From Parcubacteria group bacterium (lineage in GTDB: Bacteria; Patescibacteriota; Minisyncoccia; Phycocordibacterales; CALRBT01): a DNA stretch of 64,000 nucleotides. Below, piece by piece: positions 1-10,052 of this stretch. The stretch's first letter is position 1. The number at the start of each line of letters is the position of its first letter. The stretch covers positions 101,424 to 165,423 of the forward strand of contig CALRBT010000001.1 in assembly GCA_943354475.1 (NCBI GenBank). The letters are read 5' to 3'. The notes under the pieces were generated by a model. The model did no database searches. It was given only the letters and a program-made list of their open reading frames with translations, and had not been told where the DNA came from. The translations under genes and the position numbers were made by a program.

Positions 1-1734
1 CTTCTTTTCCTTAATTTCCAAACTAAGTCGCGCTAGTAACTCATCAACTGAGGTCGCCCCTTGATTACCTGCTTCGCGGTGTTCGATGGTTACCGTATTT
101 GATTCAGCTTCTTTATCTCCTATGACGAGGAGGTAGGGGATTTTCTCCGTCTTGGCGTTGCGGATTTTCTTGCCCAGTGATTCATTGCTCTCATCGAGCT
201 CAACACGAATATCAAGTGAGTTAAGTTTATCCGCCACTATCTTCGCGTATTCCAAATGTTTTTCACTAATGGGTAATACCTTGACCTGAACAGGGGAAAG
301 CCAGAGTGGGAATGCGCCTGCGTAGTGTTCGATAAGAACGCCCATAAAACGTTCAAGAGATCCAGAGATTGCACGGTGGATAACCACAGGGCGTTCTTTC
401 TGACCGTTTTCATTGACGAAGGATAGGTCAAAACGTTCAGGCAGATTAAAATCGCATTGAATTGTTGCTAACTGCCATTCCCGACCGATTGCATCTTTAA
501 ACATGAAGTCTAACTTGGGTCCATAGAATGCCGCCTCTCCAGGTCCTTCAACAAGATTCAATTTATTTGCCTCGGCGGCGTCCCGCAATGCCCACTCTGC
601 TGTACCCCAAATGTCATCACTTCCAATAAATTTATCCTTGTCCTCTCCACGAGTGGAGAGTCTCACCCAATAACCGTCCATCATGTTCATCGTTGTATAG
701 AACTCCTTGATGATATTCACAATCGTTGAAACTTCAAAATTAATTTGATTGTCTCGACAAAACAAGTGACCATCATCTTGAGTAATGGCACGAACCCTGG
801 TGAGTCCACCAAGTTGACCAGATTTCTCATCTCTATAAACCGTGGCAGGTTCAAAATATCGCACAGGCATGTCACGATAGGAAAATTGATTGTCAGCAAA
901 GATTTGCATGTGGTGAGGGCAATTCATGGGCTTCATAATGAATTTTTCCTCCTTTCCTGAAACACGGAACAGCTCATCACCAAATTTTTCAGCATGCCCA
1001 GATGTTTCGTAAAGAGCTTCTTTAGCGATGTGAGGTGTCCATACTCGCCAGTACCCTTTATTTCTGTGTAGATCCCAAAGATAGTCTTCAATCGCCTTGC
1101 GGATAAGCATTCCCTTTGGTTGCATAAGCGGAAGCCCTGCCCCAATGAGATCTGATGTAGTGAATAGTTTTAATTCCTTCCCTATTTTTCGATGGTCACG
1201 CTTTTTTGCCTCTTCTTGTTGCAGAATGTACGCGTCGAGCTTTTCTTTTGATTCGAATGCAAGGCCGTAAATACGGGTAAGCATCTTATTCTTTTCTTCC
1301 CCTCGCCAGTAAGCACCCGCAATACGGTCAAGCTTGAAACAATCGCTTCGAATCTCCTTGGCAGATTCGACGTGTCCACCACGACAGAGATCTGAATAGC
1401 CTCCTGATTTGTAGAATGAAACCTTTGACCCGTCTTTAGTGAATTCATCAATGAGTTCGTGCTTGTACTCATTTCCAGGATACTCGGCCCTGGCTTCATC
1501 TGCAGTCAGTTCAGTCCGTTCGAAGCCGTCCCAACCCTTGAGGATTTCGCGCATTTTCTTCTCAATCTTCGGTAGATCGTTTTCTGAAATTGGCTTTGAA
1601 AATTCAAAATCAAAATAAAAGCCGTTATCGATTGCGGGTCCGATAGTACGCTTGGTGTCGGGGTAGATATCCATTACAGCAGCTGCAAGGAGATGGGCGA
1701 GAGAGTGTCGCAAGTATTCTAGTTGTTTTTCCAT
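1..1734 (-). CDS. thrS: Threonyl-tRNA synthetase (3' end runs off the left edge)
   Basis: Hand translation from ATG 1734: MEKQLEYLRHSLAHLLAAAV...GPAIDNGFYFDF...DLCRGGH...MNCPHH...AAFYGPKLD...WQLATIQCDF...HRAVVI. It is missing from the ORF track because no stop falls inside the window. Confidence 0.95.
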   Translation of the reverse strand, partial: MEKQLEYLRHSLAHLLAAAVMDIYPDTKRTIGPAIDNGFYFDFEFSKPISENDLPKIEKKMREILKGWDGFERTELTADEARAEYPGNEYKHELIDEFTKDGSKVSFYKSGGYSDLCRGGHVESAKEIRSDCFKLDRIAGAYWRGEEKNKMLTRIYGLAFESKEKLDAYILQQEEAKKRDHRKIGKELKLFTTSDLIGAGLPLMQPKGMLIRKAIEDYLWDLHRNKGYWRVWTPHIAKEALYETSGHAEKFGDELFRVSGKEEKFIMKPMNCPHHMQIFADNQFSYRDMPVRYFEPATVYRDEKSGQLGGLTRVRAITQDDGHLFCRDNQINFEVSTIVNIIKEFYTTMNMMDGYWVRLSTRGEDKDKFIGSDDIWGTAEWALRDAAEANKLNLVEGPGEAAFYGPKLDFMFKDAIGREWQLATIQCDFNLPERFDLSFVNENGQKERPVVIHRAISGSLERFMGVLIEHYAGAFPLWLSPVQVKVLPISEKHLEYAKIVADKLNSLDIRVELDESNESLGKKIRNAKTEKIPYLLVIGDKEAESNTVTIEHREAGNQGATSVDELLARLSLEIKEKK

Positions 1735-1825
1735 AGGTTTCCATAATAACATTTCTCTCTCCGTTGCCCAGATATTGACAATTTATTTTAAGTGTGACAA
1801 TTTAAAAATAGAAGGAGAACATCCT

Positions 1826-2281
1826 ATGACACTCGCTCTAGCACCTTGTGTTTTGTTGAAAGAAAAACAAGATTATCGCTTGTTTTTCTCCACTATATTC
1901 CACCTTGAGTCTTCAAGAAGCGACATTATTACTTCACTTAATCGTTTTTTGACAAGTTGGTATCAAGTAGCTGGAATAAGTTTTCAGGGAGTTCCTTTTG
2001 TAGTTATGTTACCAGCAACAATTAGTCAAAATGTGAAATATCATTTTCTGAAAGAGTTACATTTGGCAACGGTCACGTTCCCAGAAATTACAGGACACTC
2101 TTTTAGAAATCGGCATTTGAGTATTTGGTATGATTGGAAAAATGACACATTCGTTATTCGACTCCCCAGTAGTGATGTCACAGAGAGGACCATTATAGGA
2201 GCAGAAATAGTATTTAAGCTCAACGAAGCACTTATACATCTCAAAGCCAATCCTGGTTCCTTACCCACCGCCCTCAAGTGA
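1826..2281 (+). CDS. Hypothetical protein (ORFan cassette)
   Basis: TTGACA at 1775, AAGGAG SD before ATG 1826, and a hairpin over the stop. Confidence 0.6.
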   Translation: MTLALAPCVLLKEKQDYRLFFSTIFHLESSRSDIITSLNRFLTSWYQVAGISFQGVPFVVMLPATISQNVKYHFLKELHLATVTFPEITGHSFRNRHLSIWYDWKNDTFVIRLPSSDVTERTIIGAEIVFKLNEALIHLKANPGSLPTALK

Positions 2282-2293
2282 TTGAGGGCGGTG
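2266..2293. terminator. Bidirectional hairpin terminator
   Basis: CACCGCCCTCAA-gtga-TTGAGGGCGGTG between convergent genes. Confidence 0.7.
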
Positions 2294-2325
2294 AATTAGT
2301 TAATTCACATCTCTTAACTAAGAAC

Positions 2326-2817
2326 TTAACTTGGATCGGCGCATGTTGTTTTACCTATTGTTGAATTAGTCCACCAATTTTGTGCTAGCCCATTATGATT
2401 GAATTCTCCAACCGCCCACATTCTAAAGTTCTGACTTGTCGATGGGTTTACTCCAGAGCACCAGTTGTCGTATTAGTACTGCTGGCTTGCTGTCGGATCT
2501 TTGGGTAGGGAGGGAATCAACTTGTCAGTGACTAAAATCTCGAGACATCCACCTGCAAGAAAGCTTGTGGTATGAGCACAGTTACCATCTGTTCCTGAAG
2601 GATACCTACCTTTGGAGTTATAGAAGAGTTCAAGTGCCACATGGACTGCACGCATATCCCCGATACGTTTAGTATCTCGTGCTTTACCACGAGCTGAATT
2701 GAGGGAAGCAAGGATTACAGATGAAAGGAGGGCGACTATCGCAATAACCACGAGTAGTTCAATGAGGGTAAACCCACCTTTCTTTGTTTTGGTTGTTTGT
2801 TTGAAACTGATTTTCAT
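2326..2817 (-). pseudogene. Type IV pilin/pseudopilin with one internal TAA (2473-2475)
   Basis: Prepilin motif KKGG/FTLIELLVVIAIVALLSSVILASL. The frame stays open for 48 codons after the TAA (YDNWCSG...TTCADPS*) and includes a C-terminal Cys pair. Confidence 0.8.
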
Positions 2818-2818
2818 A

Positions 2819-3106
2819 CTAGCGTGGAGCGCTGGTTGCTTTGATTGCCTTTTCGATTGCTTCACGTGACTTATTCTGGGTATCACTCGAAGAGTCTGAA
2901 AACAGTAAAAAGATTGATGTGCTGATAGCGAGCACTACAAAACCAGTGAGTACAAGGGTCGCAGACTTCTCGTCTCTGATGTATCCACCTGAATATTTAA
3001 TAGTCAGCTCAATAATTTTCGAGGGTGCAGGCTGAAAAGTCCTCGTAATTTGTACTGGTCTGGTGTCTTCAAAAACTACTCCAGATGATTGATTATTTTG
3101 ATCCAT
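2819..3106 (-). CDS. Small single-pass membrane protein
   Basis: 95 aa with one hydrophobic segment, 1 nt from the pilin start. Confidence 0.65.
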   Translation of the reverse strand: MDQNNQSSGVVFEDTRPVQITRTFQPAPSKIIELTIKYSGGYIRDEKSATLVLTGFVVLAISTSIFLLFSDSSSDTQNKSREAIEKAIKATSAPR

Positions 3107-3165
3107 ACCTTTTTGTAAATGGTAAAAAATACAGCGATTTTTCCAGAGAACACCTTTTTACTTAT

Positions 3166-6100
3166 TTATAATCCTCGTATGTTGTCAGCAATCATTGAGA
3201 GTGTTCCGTTGCGATCTGACATTTTACCTTTAACCGCAATACATTTATCGAGCTCGAGGAGGCTCTTAAATTCAAACCAGGTTTTTGGGAATACAACCAC
3301 TTCAATATTATCAGTAAAATCAGCGAGCCTCAGGAACGCCATTTTGTCTCCCTTTTTAGTAATGACTGGTTTGCAGTCTTCAATGATCCCCGCAATCATC
3401 CCGTCCTTTCCATTAGTCACCTCTTCCTTTGTTTTCTTTATACTAATCTGTGCTTTTTCTAGTTTTTCTCGTACACGATCAAGTGGATGACCTGAAACAT
3501 AGAGTCCGAGGAGTTCTTTCTCCCAACCAAGTTTTTCTGTAGAGGTTGCCGGAATTACTTCTTTTAGCGTAATTTCTGTGTCAATTGAACTACTTCCAAC
3601 AGCCCCAAAAAGTGAATCTTGATTGGCAGGCCCTTTTTCTAATTCTTTGTTGTATGCGAGCATTTCTTCAACATTGCCTAGTAATAAACCACGTTCACCA
3701 AACTCATCCATTGCACCACATTTAATGAGCGCCTCAAGAGATTTCTTGTTGAGATTTCGGTCACGAATACGATTAAGAAAATTAGTAATGCTGGTGAAGT
3801 GCCCCTTACTCTTACGTTCGTTGATAATTGCATCACCAATCCCTTCACCAAAATTTTTAATGGTATATAATCCAAATCTAATTTTTTTCTTTGCTGAATT
3901 TTCTTCATCACTAATCACGGTAAACCCACCAAAGCTTTCATTGATATCTGGTGGCAGTACTTCAATCCCCATACGTTCACACTCATGTACGATTTCAGCA
4001 ATCTTCTCAACATCTCCCGAATCAGCAGTGAGGACGGATGCCATATAAATAGCAGGGAAGTTGGCCTTCATATAGGCGGTTTGGTAGGCCACCTTACCGT
4101 AACTTGCAGCGTGTGCTTTGTTGAATCCATAGGCGGCAAAGGGCTCAATCAATTTCCACAATTGATTAGCCTTACGTTCACTGAGTCCATGAGCCTGTAG
4201 ACCTTCAAGAAGTTTTCCTTTCTGTGCCTCCATTTCTTCTGGAATTTTTTTACCCATTGCTTTACGAAGTTTGTCCGCTTCAAGCCAGGAATAGCCACCG
4301 AGTTTAATTGCGGTGAGCATGACGTCATCTTGGTAAGTAATCACTCCATAGGATTGAGAGAGAATGTCTTTAAGCCTTGGGTCGATATACTTGATTAACT
4401 CTGGATTGTGTTTACGAGCGATGTACTCAGGAATCATTTCGAGTGGTCCGGGACGATAGAGTGCTACCATCGCGTTGATGTCATGGATAGTTGTTGGTTT
4501 GAGTTCCTTGAGGTATTTGGTCATTCCTTCACCGTTTAGTTGGAAGAGCCCCATTGTCTCACCGTTAGCCAGAAGCCCGAATGTTTTCTTATCATCAACA
4601 GGAACGTTCTCAATATCAACGTCAATATTTTCAATCACTTTCACCAGCTTTACGGCTTCAGCCAGAATTGAGAGGTTTTTAATGCCGAGGAAATCGAACT
4701 TGAGAAGTCCTGCATTATTCTCGTCAATTGAGTACATATCATACTGAGTAATGATCTTGTTCTCACCTTTGGTATCGAACTGTAGTGGTGTGTAATCGGT
4801 AAGTGGCGTAGGGGAGATAACAACACCCGCTGCATGTACGGAGATGTGGCGGGCACAACCTTCAATTTTTTTGGCGAGATCGATAATTTCTTTAACATCT
4901 GCTTCACGTTCATAAATTTCTCGAAGTTCTTGCGTATCAGCGAGTGCCTGTTTGATGGTCATCGGGAAACCTTGGGATCCCATAGGGATTAGTTTGGCAA
5001 TCCGGTCACCGAGGCTGTAGGGATAGCCAAGCGCGCGAGTAACATCACGTACGGATCCACGCGCCATCATGGTACCGAATGTTCCAATCTGCGCCACTTT
5101 ATCTCTGCCATATTTTTCGCGGGCATACTCGATCATTTCATCTCGACGATTGTCGGCAAAGTCCATGTCGATGTCCGGTGCCGAAGGACGCTCTGGGTTT
5201 AGGAAACGTTCAAAGGGTAGTTTGTATTCAAGTGGGTTCACGTTGGTAATTCCAGCAAGGAAAGTAATCAGAGATCCAGCAACGGAGCCTCTAATTGAGG
5301 TGAGAATTTGGTTCTCGTGAGCAAAACGCAGAAGATCTCCTACTACCAGGAAGTAGGGGGAATAACCCTTGTCTTTAATGACTTTAAGTTCGTATTCAAT
5401 ACGTTCCGTCACTTCTTTGGTTTCCTCAATGTTGCGTCGCCTTATTCCTTCAAAGACGATATGTCGCAACTCGTCATCGTAAGAACGGCCACTTTCGACT
5501 TTAAGATCGGGGAAATTCCAAGTACCCAACTTGAGTTCCAGATTGCACATCTCTGCAATCTTTTGTGTGTTCTCGATTGCTTCAGGAATATCTTTGAAGT
5601 ATTCATCTGCTTGTTTGGTTGAGATAAAAGAAAAATCCTCAATGTTTTCACCCATGATACGGTCGCTTCCTTCCTGTTGGTTTTGAATAGCCACCATTGT
5701 CTCTCTAGCCTTTCGGTCTTCTTGTTTCAGATAGTAAACATCATGTGCCGCAACGAGGGGAATACCTGTTCGTCTTGAAAGGAGAATAATCTGATCATTC
5801 AGTTCCTTACTCCCTTCGATTTCTGGATGATGAGTGACTTCTAGAAAGGTGTTCTCTTTGCCAAATATTTTTTCAAACTCTTTGGCGACACTCTCAGCTT
5901 TATCATAGTCCTTCATCTTGAGTGAGAAGGTCGTTTCTCCACTGAAAGAGGGGATGATACAAATGAGTCCTTCATGGTGCTCTCCCATTAATTCTTTATC
6001 AATACGCGGTTTATAGTAGAAACCCTCAAGGTTTGAAAGCGTAACAAGTTTGAGCAAATTTTTGTAACCTATTTCGTCTTTAGCCAAGAGAACCAGCCGG

Positions 6101-6366
6101 TGACGACGATTATCAACGCCGGGTTGGCGGTCGGTACGAGCTCTGATTGCTTGATAAAAATCAACACCAATAATTGGTTTAATCCCTTTTGATTTGCATG
6201 CCTTGTAGAATTCAATTGCACCGTAGAGGTTGCCATTATCCGTTAGTGCCAAAGCGGACATACCCGCCTCCTTGGTCGCATCAACAAGTTCATCGATTTT
6301 AGGTAATGCAGTCAATAGAGAGTAGTGACTGTGGGTGTGGAGATGGAGAAAACGAGATTCAGACAT
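3166..6366 (-). CDS. dnaE: DNA polymerase III alpha subunit
   Basis: PHP motif HLHTHSHYS, RGSVAGS, PDIDMDF, FAAYGFNKAHA and C-terminal OB fold. Start refined to ATG 6366. Confidence 0.98.
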   Translation of the reverse strand: MSESRFLHLHTHSHYSLLTALPKIDELVDATKEAGMSALALTDNGNLYGAIEFYKACKSKGIKPIIGVDFYQAIRARTDRQPGVDNRRHRLVLLAKDEIGYKNLLKLVTLSNLEGFYYKPRIDKELMGEHHEGLICIIPSFSGETTFSLKMKDYDKAESVAKEFEKIFGKENTFLEVTHHPEIEGSKELNDQIILLSRRTGIPLVAAHDVYYLKQEDRKARETMVAIQNQQEGSDRIMGENIEDFSFISTKQADEYFKDIPEAIENTQKIAEMCNLELKLGTWNFPDLKVESGRSYDDELRHIVFEGIRRRNIEETKEVTERIEYELKVIKDKGYSPYFLVVGDLLRFAHENQILTSIRGSVAGSLITFLAGITNVNPLEYKLPFERFLNPERPSAPDIDMDFADNRRDEMIEYAREKYGRDKVAQIGTFGTMMARGSVRDVTRALGYPYSLGDRIAKLIPMGSQGFPMTIKQALADTQELREIYEREADVKEIIDLAKKIEGCARHISVHAAGVVISPTPLTDYTPLQFDTKGENKIITQYDMYSIDENNAGLLKFDFLGIKNLSILAEAVKLVKVIENIDVDIENVPVDDKKTFGLLANGETMGLFQLNGEGMTKYLKELKPTTIHDINAMVALYRPGPLEMIPEYIARKHNPELIKYIDPRLKDILSQSYGVITYQDDVMLTAIKLGGYSWLEADKLRKAMGKKIPEEMEAQKGKLLEGLQAHGLSERKANQLWKLIEPFAAYGFNKAHAASYGKVAYQTAYMKANFPAIYMASVLTADSGDVEKIAEIVHECERMGIEVLPPDINESFGGFTVISDEENSAKKKIRFGLYTIKNFGEGIGDAIINERKSKGHFTSITNFLNRIRDRNLNKKSLEALIKCGAMDEFGERGLLLGNVEEMLAYNKELEKGPANQDSLFGAVGSSSIDTEITLKEVIPATSTEKLGWEKELLGLYVSGHPLDRVREKLEKAQISIKKTKEEVTNGKDGMIAGIIEDCKPVITKKGDKMAFLRLADFTDNIEVVVFPKTWFEFKSLLELDKCIAVKGKMSDRNGTLSMIADNIRGL

Positions 6367-6384
6367 AATGCTATTATACGTTGG

Positions 6385-6996
6385 ATGTTGGTAAGAGTAA
6401 AAAAAATACAAAAACTAAAGACGATTGGGATAGATGAAGCGGGACGGGGCCCGCTTGCGGGCCCCGTTGCAGTCGGTGTCGTGTGTTTTTTGAGCCCAAA
6501 TTGTCCGAGAATTTTTCGTGGTGTTAAGGAGTCAAAGCAGTTAAGTGCGAAGGCGAGAGAGAAATGGTTTGAGAAAATTAAGGAAGAAAAAGTCAAAGGA
6601 AATATTGATTTTGCTGTCTCGCTTCAGAGTGCGCTTTTGATTGATCAAAGAGGACTAACCTTTGTAATCCGAAAGGCGATTGATATATGTCTGAAGAGAT
6701 TGAATCAGAGTCCTGCTGAGGTCCGGGTATTGCTCGATGGGGGACTTAGGGCTCCACTTGAATATACCGAGCAACAAACGATTATTAAAGGGGATTGCAA
6801 AGAACAATCAATCGCACTGGCTTCAATTGTCGCTAAGGTTACTAGAGATAGGCTGATGATAGCATTAGCAAAAAAATATCCACAATATAGTTTTGAAATC
6901 CATAAAGGCTATGGAACAAAAAAGCATCGAGGTGCGATTAAAAAATTCGGCCCAATAGTTATCCACAGAAAAAGTTTTCTCAAAAATATTGTGTAA
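6385..6996 (+). CDS. rnhB: Ribonuclease HII
   Basis: GIDEAGRGPLAGPV, LLDG, IALASIVAKVTRD, HKGYGT. Confidence 0.95.
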   Translation: MLVRVKKIQKLKTIGIDEAGRGPLAGPVAVGVVCFLSPNCPRIFRGVKESKQLSAKAREKWFEKIKEEKVKGNIDFAVSLQSALLIDQRGLTFVIRKAIDICLKRLNQSPAEVRVLLDGGLRAPLEYTEQQTIIKGDCKEQSIALASIVAKVTRDRLMIALAKKYPQYSFEIHKGYGTKKHRGAIKKFGPIVIHRKSFLKNIV

Positions 6997-7059
6997 TCTT
7001 GATACCAGTGGTATTATCCTCAGCTGTGATGAAAGGGGTGTGTAGTACATTCCTAAAAA

Positions 7060-7263
7060 ATGGGGGAACTGGCTTTGGCTAAGGGTTTTGGAATGGAACC
7101 ATCAGAATTTGGTGGCCAAAATGGCTTTATTTGCGACGATGGTGTGGAAAAAAAAGAGCAACAAGCTCAAAGTCAACCTCCTTATCAGGTTACATGTTCA
7201 ACCTGTCTTGGAGGCGGACCACCCCACTATTTTGAGGAGAGTTGCGATCCTCGAAGATTGTAA
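7060..7263 (+). CDS. Small Cys-containing hypothetical protein
   Basis: CSTC motif, upstream TGGTATTAT and downstream GC hairpin at 7280-7308. Start is uncertain (7060 or 7093). Confidence 0.35.
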   Translation: MGELALAKGFGMEPSEFGGQNGFICDDGVEKKEQQAQSQPPYQVTCSTCLGGGPPHYFEESCDPRRL

Positions 7264-7401
7264 CTTGTGAGAGAGACTCGGCGCCGAGGGAAATCATTCC
7301 CCGGCGCCACCGTTATTTCCGGTTTTTTTGATTCTTAATTCCTCATTCTTAATTCCTGTACTCCGTTTGCCTATTTTAAATAGTTTTGGTATAGTCTCCA
7401 T

Positions 7402-7641
7402 ATGGTTATTCGAATGCGACACACACGAAGTCATACAGGCCTTAGGCGCTCACATCATGCGCTTAAGGCTACTGGTGTTTCCAAGTGTGAAAATTGCGGC
7501 TCTGCTCGCTTACCGCATCAGGCATGTCCTAAGTGTGGAAAATACAAAGGCCGTATTGCAATAGACATTGCGGCTAAAACCATCAAGGCACAGAAGAAGG
7601 CCAAAACAAAAGGAGAAGCCGCAAAGGAGAAAAGCAAGTAG
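7402..7641 (+). CDS. rpmF: 50S ribosomal protein L32 (Zn-ribbon type)
   Basis: RRSHHAL...CENCG...PHQACPKCGKYKGR. Confidence 0.95.
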   Translation: MVIRMRHTRSHTGLRRSHHALKATGVSKCENCGSARLPHQACPKCGKYKGRIAIDIAAKTIKAQKKAKTKGEAAKEKSK

Positions 7642-7703
7642 TTCCCATCCACGGATGCGAAAGACTTGTCTTGAAAATTCTCCAAGATAGATCTTTAATA
7701 TCC

Positions 7704-8648
7704 ATGGCCAATAGGCACCTTTCCAGATCAATAGTAATGCAAACGCTCTTTGAGTGGGACTTTGCAAATGTACTCGAAAAGAAACAAGACGAGCACATCG
7801 ATGAATCCCTGCTACGAAACGCCGAAGAATTCGCTCCGGGCGTTTCTGACGTTCCGTTTATGAAAATGCTGGTCAAAGGGATTCTGGAAAAACGGCAAAC
7901 CCTCGATGATATTATTGTTAAGGCTGCACCGGACTGGCCAATTGACCGCATCTCAGTTATCGATCGAAACATCCTCCGTATCGGACTCTTTGAATTAATT
8001 TTTGCCGACAAGAAAGAAGTGCCCGCTAAAGTTGCCATCAACGAAGCAATTGAACTTGCTAAATCATTTGGTGGAGAGAATAGCGGTAAGTTCGTCAACG
8101 GTGTCCTTGGTGCGGTGTACAAAGAAATGGGGGAGCCGGGTAAAGAAGAAGTTTCAAAGAATAAAAAGAAGAAGAATGGCAAACTAGCCGAAGTTCCTTA
8201 TGAGAAAATGCCCATCCAACGACTAGGTGGTGCTGTAGTCTACGCTAGGGAGGGAGATCAGGTCTATCTCGCACTCGTTCATGACATTTTTGGTCACTGG
8301 ACCCTCTCAAAAGGGAAAATTGGTGATAACCCAGAGATCGCAAACGAAACAGCCAGCGAAGGGACGATTCGAGAAATCAAAGAGGAGATTGGACTCGATA
8401 TTGTCATCAAGGAAGAGCTCTACCTTAATGAATACATTGCCAATGACCCAGAGAAGGGTAAGATTCGCAAACAGGTTCAATACTTTCTGGCTGAATCAAA
8501 GTTCGATGAGGTGAAACTGGAGAAGAGCGGTGGACTCGATGATGCGAGATGGTTCAAGCTCGCTGATATTCTCACCCTTAATTTTTATGACGATGTGCTT
8601 CCTATTGTTACCAAAGCTATTAACATCCTTTTAGTAAAACCAAGTTAG
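7704..8648 (+). CDS. nusB: NusB fused to a C-terminal NUDIX hydrolase
   Basis: RHLSRSIVMQTLFE, IDRNILRIG, VAINEAIELAKSFG, FVNGVLG, followed by a NUDIX box (KG...E...REIKEEIG). Confidence 0.92.
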   Translation: MANRHLSRSIVMQTLFEWDFANVLEKKQDEHIDESLLRNAEEFAPGVSDVPFMKMLVKGILEKRQTLDDIIVKAAPDWPIDRISVIDRNILRIGLFELIFADKKEVPAKVAINEAIELAKSFGGENSGKFVNGVLGAVYKEMGEPGKEEVSKNKKKKNGKLAEVPYEKMPIQRLGGAVVYAREGDQVYLALVHDIFGHWTLSKGKIGDNPEIANETASEGTIREIKEEIGLDIVIKEELYLNEYIANDPEKGKIRKQVQYFLAESKFDEVKLEKSGGLDDARWFKLADILTLNFYDDVLPIVTKAINILLVKPS

Positions 8649-8668
8649 GATTTCTTTTGTTTGGTTTG

Positions 8669-8706
8669 AACCTAACACCTATAACCTATTCCCTAAAACC
8701 TACCCT
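8669..8706 (+). repeat. Degenerate heptamer tandem repeat (nnCCTAn)
   Basis: aacctaa cacctat aacctat tccctaa aacctac directly before the rnc ATG. Confidence 0.7.
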
Positions 8707-8709
8707 GCC

Positions 8710-9402
8710 ATGAAAGACTTTTCCGAATTCGAAAACAAGATTGGTATCACTTTTAAAGACAAAGCACTCCTGCGAGTCGCTTTTACCCACCGTTCTTTCC
8801 TTAATGAAAATCGTGGCAGTGGCAATCAACACAACGAACGTCTCGAATTTTTAGGGGACGCTGTAGTTGAACTTGCGGTAACTGACTATCTGTATAAAAA
8901 ATTCCCCGATCGGGATGAGGGCGCATTGACTTCATTTCGCGCGGCACTGGTTAACGCAGTAACACTCTCAGATCTTGCAAGTAAACTTTCAATGAATGAT
9001 TATCTTTTGCTCTCCAAGGGTGAGAGTAAGGATGTTGGACGAGCAAGGCAATTTATTCTAGCCAACACGTTTGAGGCATTTGTTGGCGCACTTTTCCTTG
9101 ATCAAGGAATGGAAGCCTGCATTTCTTTTCTTGAAACGCACCTCTACCCACTCACCGACGGTATTGTCGAAGGGCGTCTATGGCAAGATGCCAAGAGCTA
9201 TTTCCAAGAACGTGCTCAAGATGAGGTATCTCTCACCCCATCTTATAGGCTGATTCGTGAAAACGGTCCTGATCATGACAAACAATTTACGATTGGCGTT
9301 TATATCGGCAGTGAGTTGGTTGCCGAAGGTGACGGTAAGTCAAAACAGGAGGCTGAACAGTCTGCTGCCCGTAAGGCCCTTGAGAAAAAAGGCTGGAGCT
9401 AG
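8710..9402 (+). CDS. rnc: Ribonuclease III
   Basis: NERLEFLGDAVVEL and a C-terminal dsRBD (GPDHDKQF...GKSKQEAEQ). Confidence 0.97.
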   Translation: MKDFSEFENKIGITFKDKALLRVAFTHRSFLNENRGSGNQHNERLEFLGDAVVELAVTDYLYKKFPDRDEGALTSFRAALVNAVTLSDLASKLSMNDYLLLSKGESKDVGRARQFILANTFEAFVGALFLDQGMEACISFLETHLYPLTDGIVEGRLWQDAKSYFQERAQDEVSLTPSYRLIRENGPDHDKQFTIGVYIGSELVAEGDGKSKQEAEQSAARKALEKKGWS

Positions 9403-9525
9403 AATCTCCATATTTGGTAAATTTCTTTGTTGCTTCGTCGTTTGTTTCTTCCGCCGTACGATTAAGTACGTCTACAGAAACAAACTTCCTCGCGTCTCGA
9501 ACTTTACTCAAATCTGAAGATTCTA
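9400..9525. repeat. Rod-shaped palindromic element, copy A
   Basis: Ends TAGAATCT/AGATTCTA, inner stem GTTTGTTTCT/AGAAACAAAC, apex CGTAC-gattaa-GTACG. Overlaps the rnc TAG. Confidence 0.8.
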
Positions 9526-9638
9526 TGAAAACAAATCTCCTCGCCCCTCTTTCAGCAGAAAGACCTCGTTGAGCACAATGACCTACTGGGTACTGGGTAG
9601 GACTGCATCCAAATCTAGAAGTTCAAAATAAAAGTAAT

Positions 9639-10043
9639 ATGATTCACATTAAATACAAACTCGATAAGTCTATTAATCACGGTATAGGTCTTTTCGCAGG
9701 TGAGGACATTCCAAAAGGAGTAGTTGTATATACTGCGAGTCCTTTACTTGACGTGAACTTAACACGAGAAGAGTTCAATTCCTTGAATGAAAAAGAAAAA
9801 GATGAGGTTCGCTGGTGGGGATTTTTTGATGAACAAAGTCAAAAGTGGCATGTTGATTTTGATGTTTCCCGTTTTATTAATCACAGAGCTGACTCAACGG
9901 TAACCCAAGACTCTAATCATACAGAGGCATATCTTGTTACTACACGTGATATTAAAACTGGAGAAGAACTTACCCAAAATTATCTTGAATTTGAAACTGA
10001 AGCAGATTTAATGAAGCGTGGAATAATGAATGTTTTGGGTTAG
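9639..10043 (+). CDS. SET-domain protein (putative lysine methyltransferase), no post-SET Cys cluster
   Basis: HGIGLFA, RFINH, RDIKTGEELTQNY. Confidence 0.88.
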   Translation: MIHIKYKLDKSINHGIGLFAGEDIPKGVVVYTASPLLDVNLTREEFNSLNEKEKDEVRWWGFFDEQSQKWHVDFDVSRFINHRADSTVTQDSNHTEAYLVTTRDIKTGEELTQNYLEFETEADLMKRGIMNVLG

Positions 10044-10052
10044 AATGTAGAT

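Noticed and set aside
2473-2475. Alternative genetic code (code 25 or stop reassignment)
   Set aside because: The internal stop is TAA. TAA, TAG and TGA all terminate conserved genes at expected lengths, and no other internal stops were noticed.
9257-9517. ORFs spanning palindrome A, and 19681-19923 over palindrome B
   Set aside because: They overlap real genes and are explained by the repeat. No start signals.
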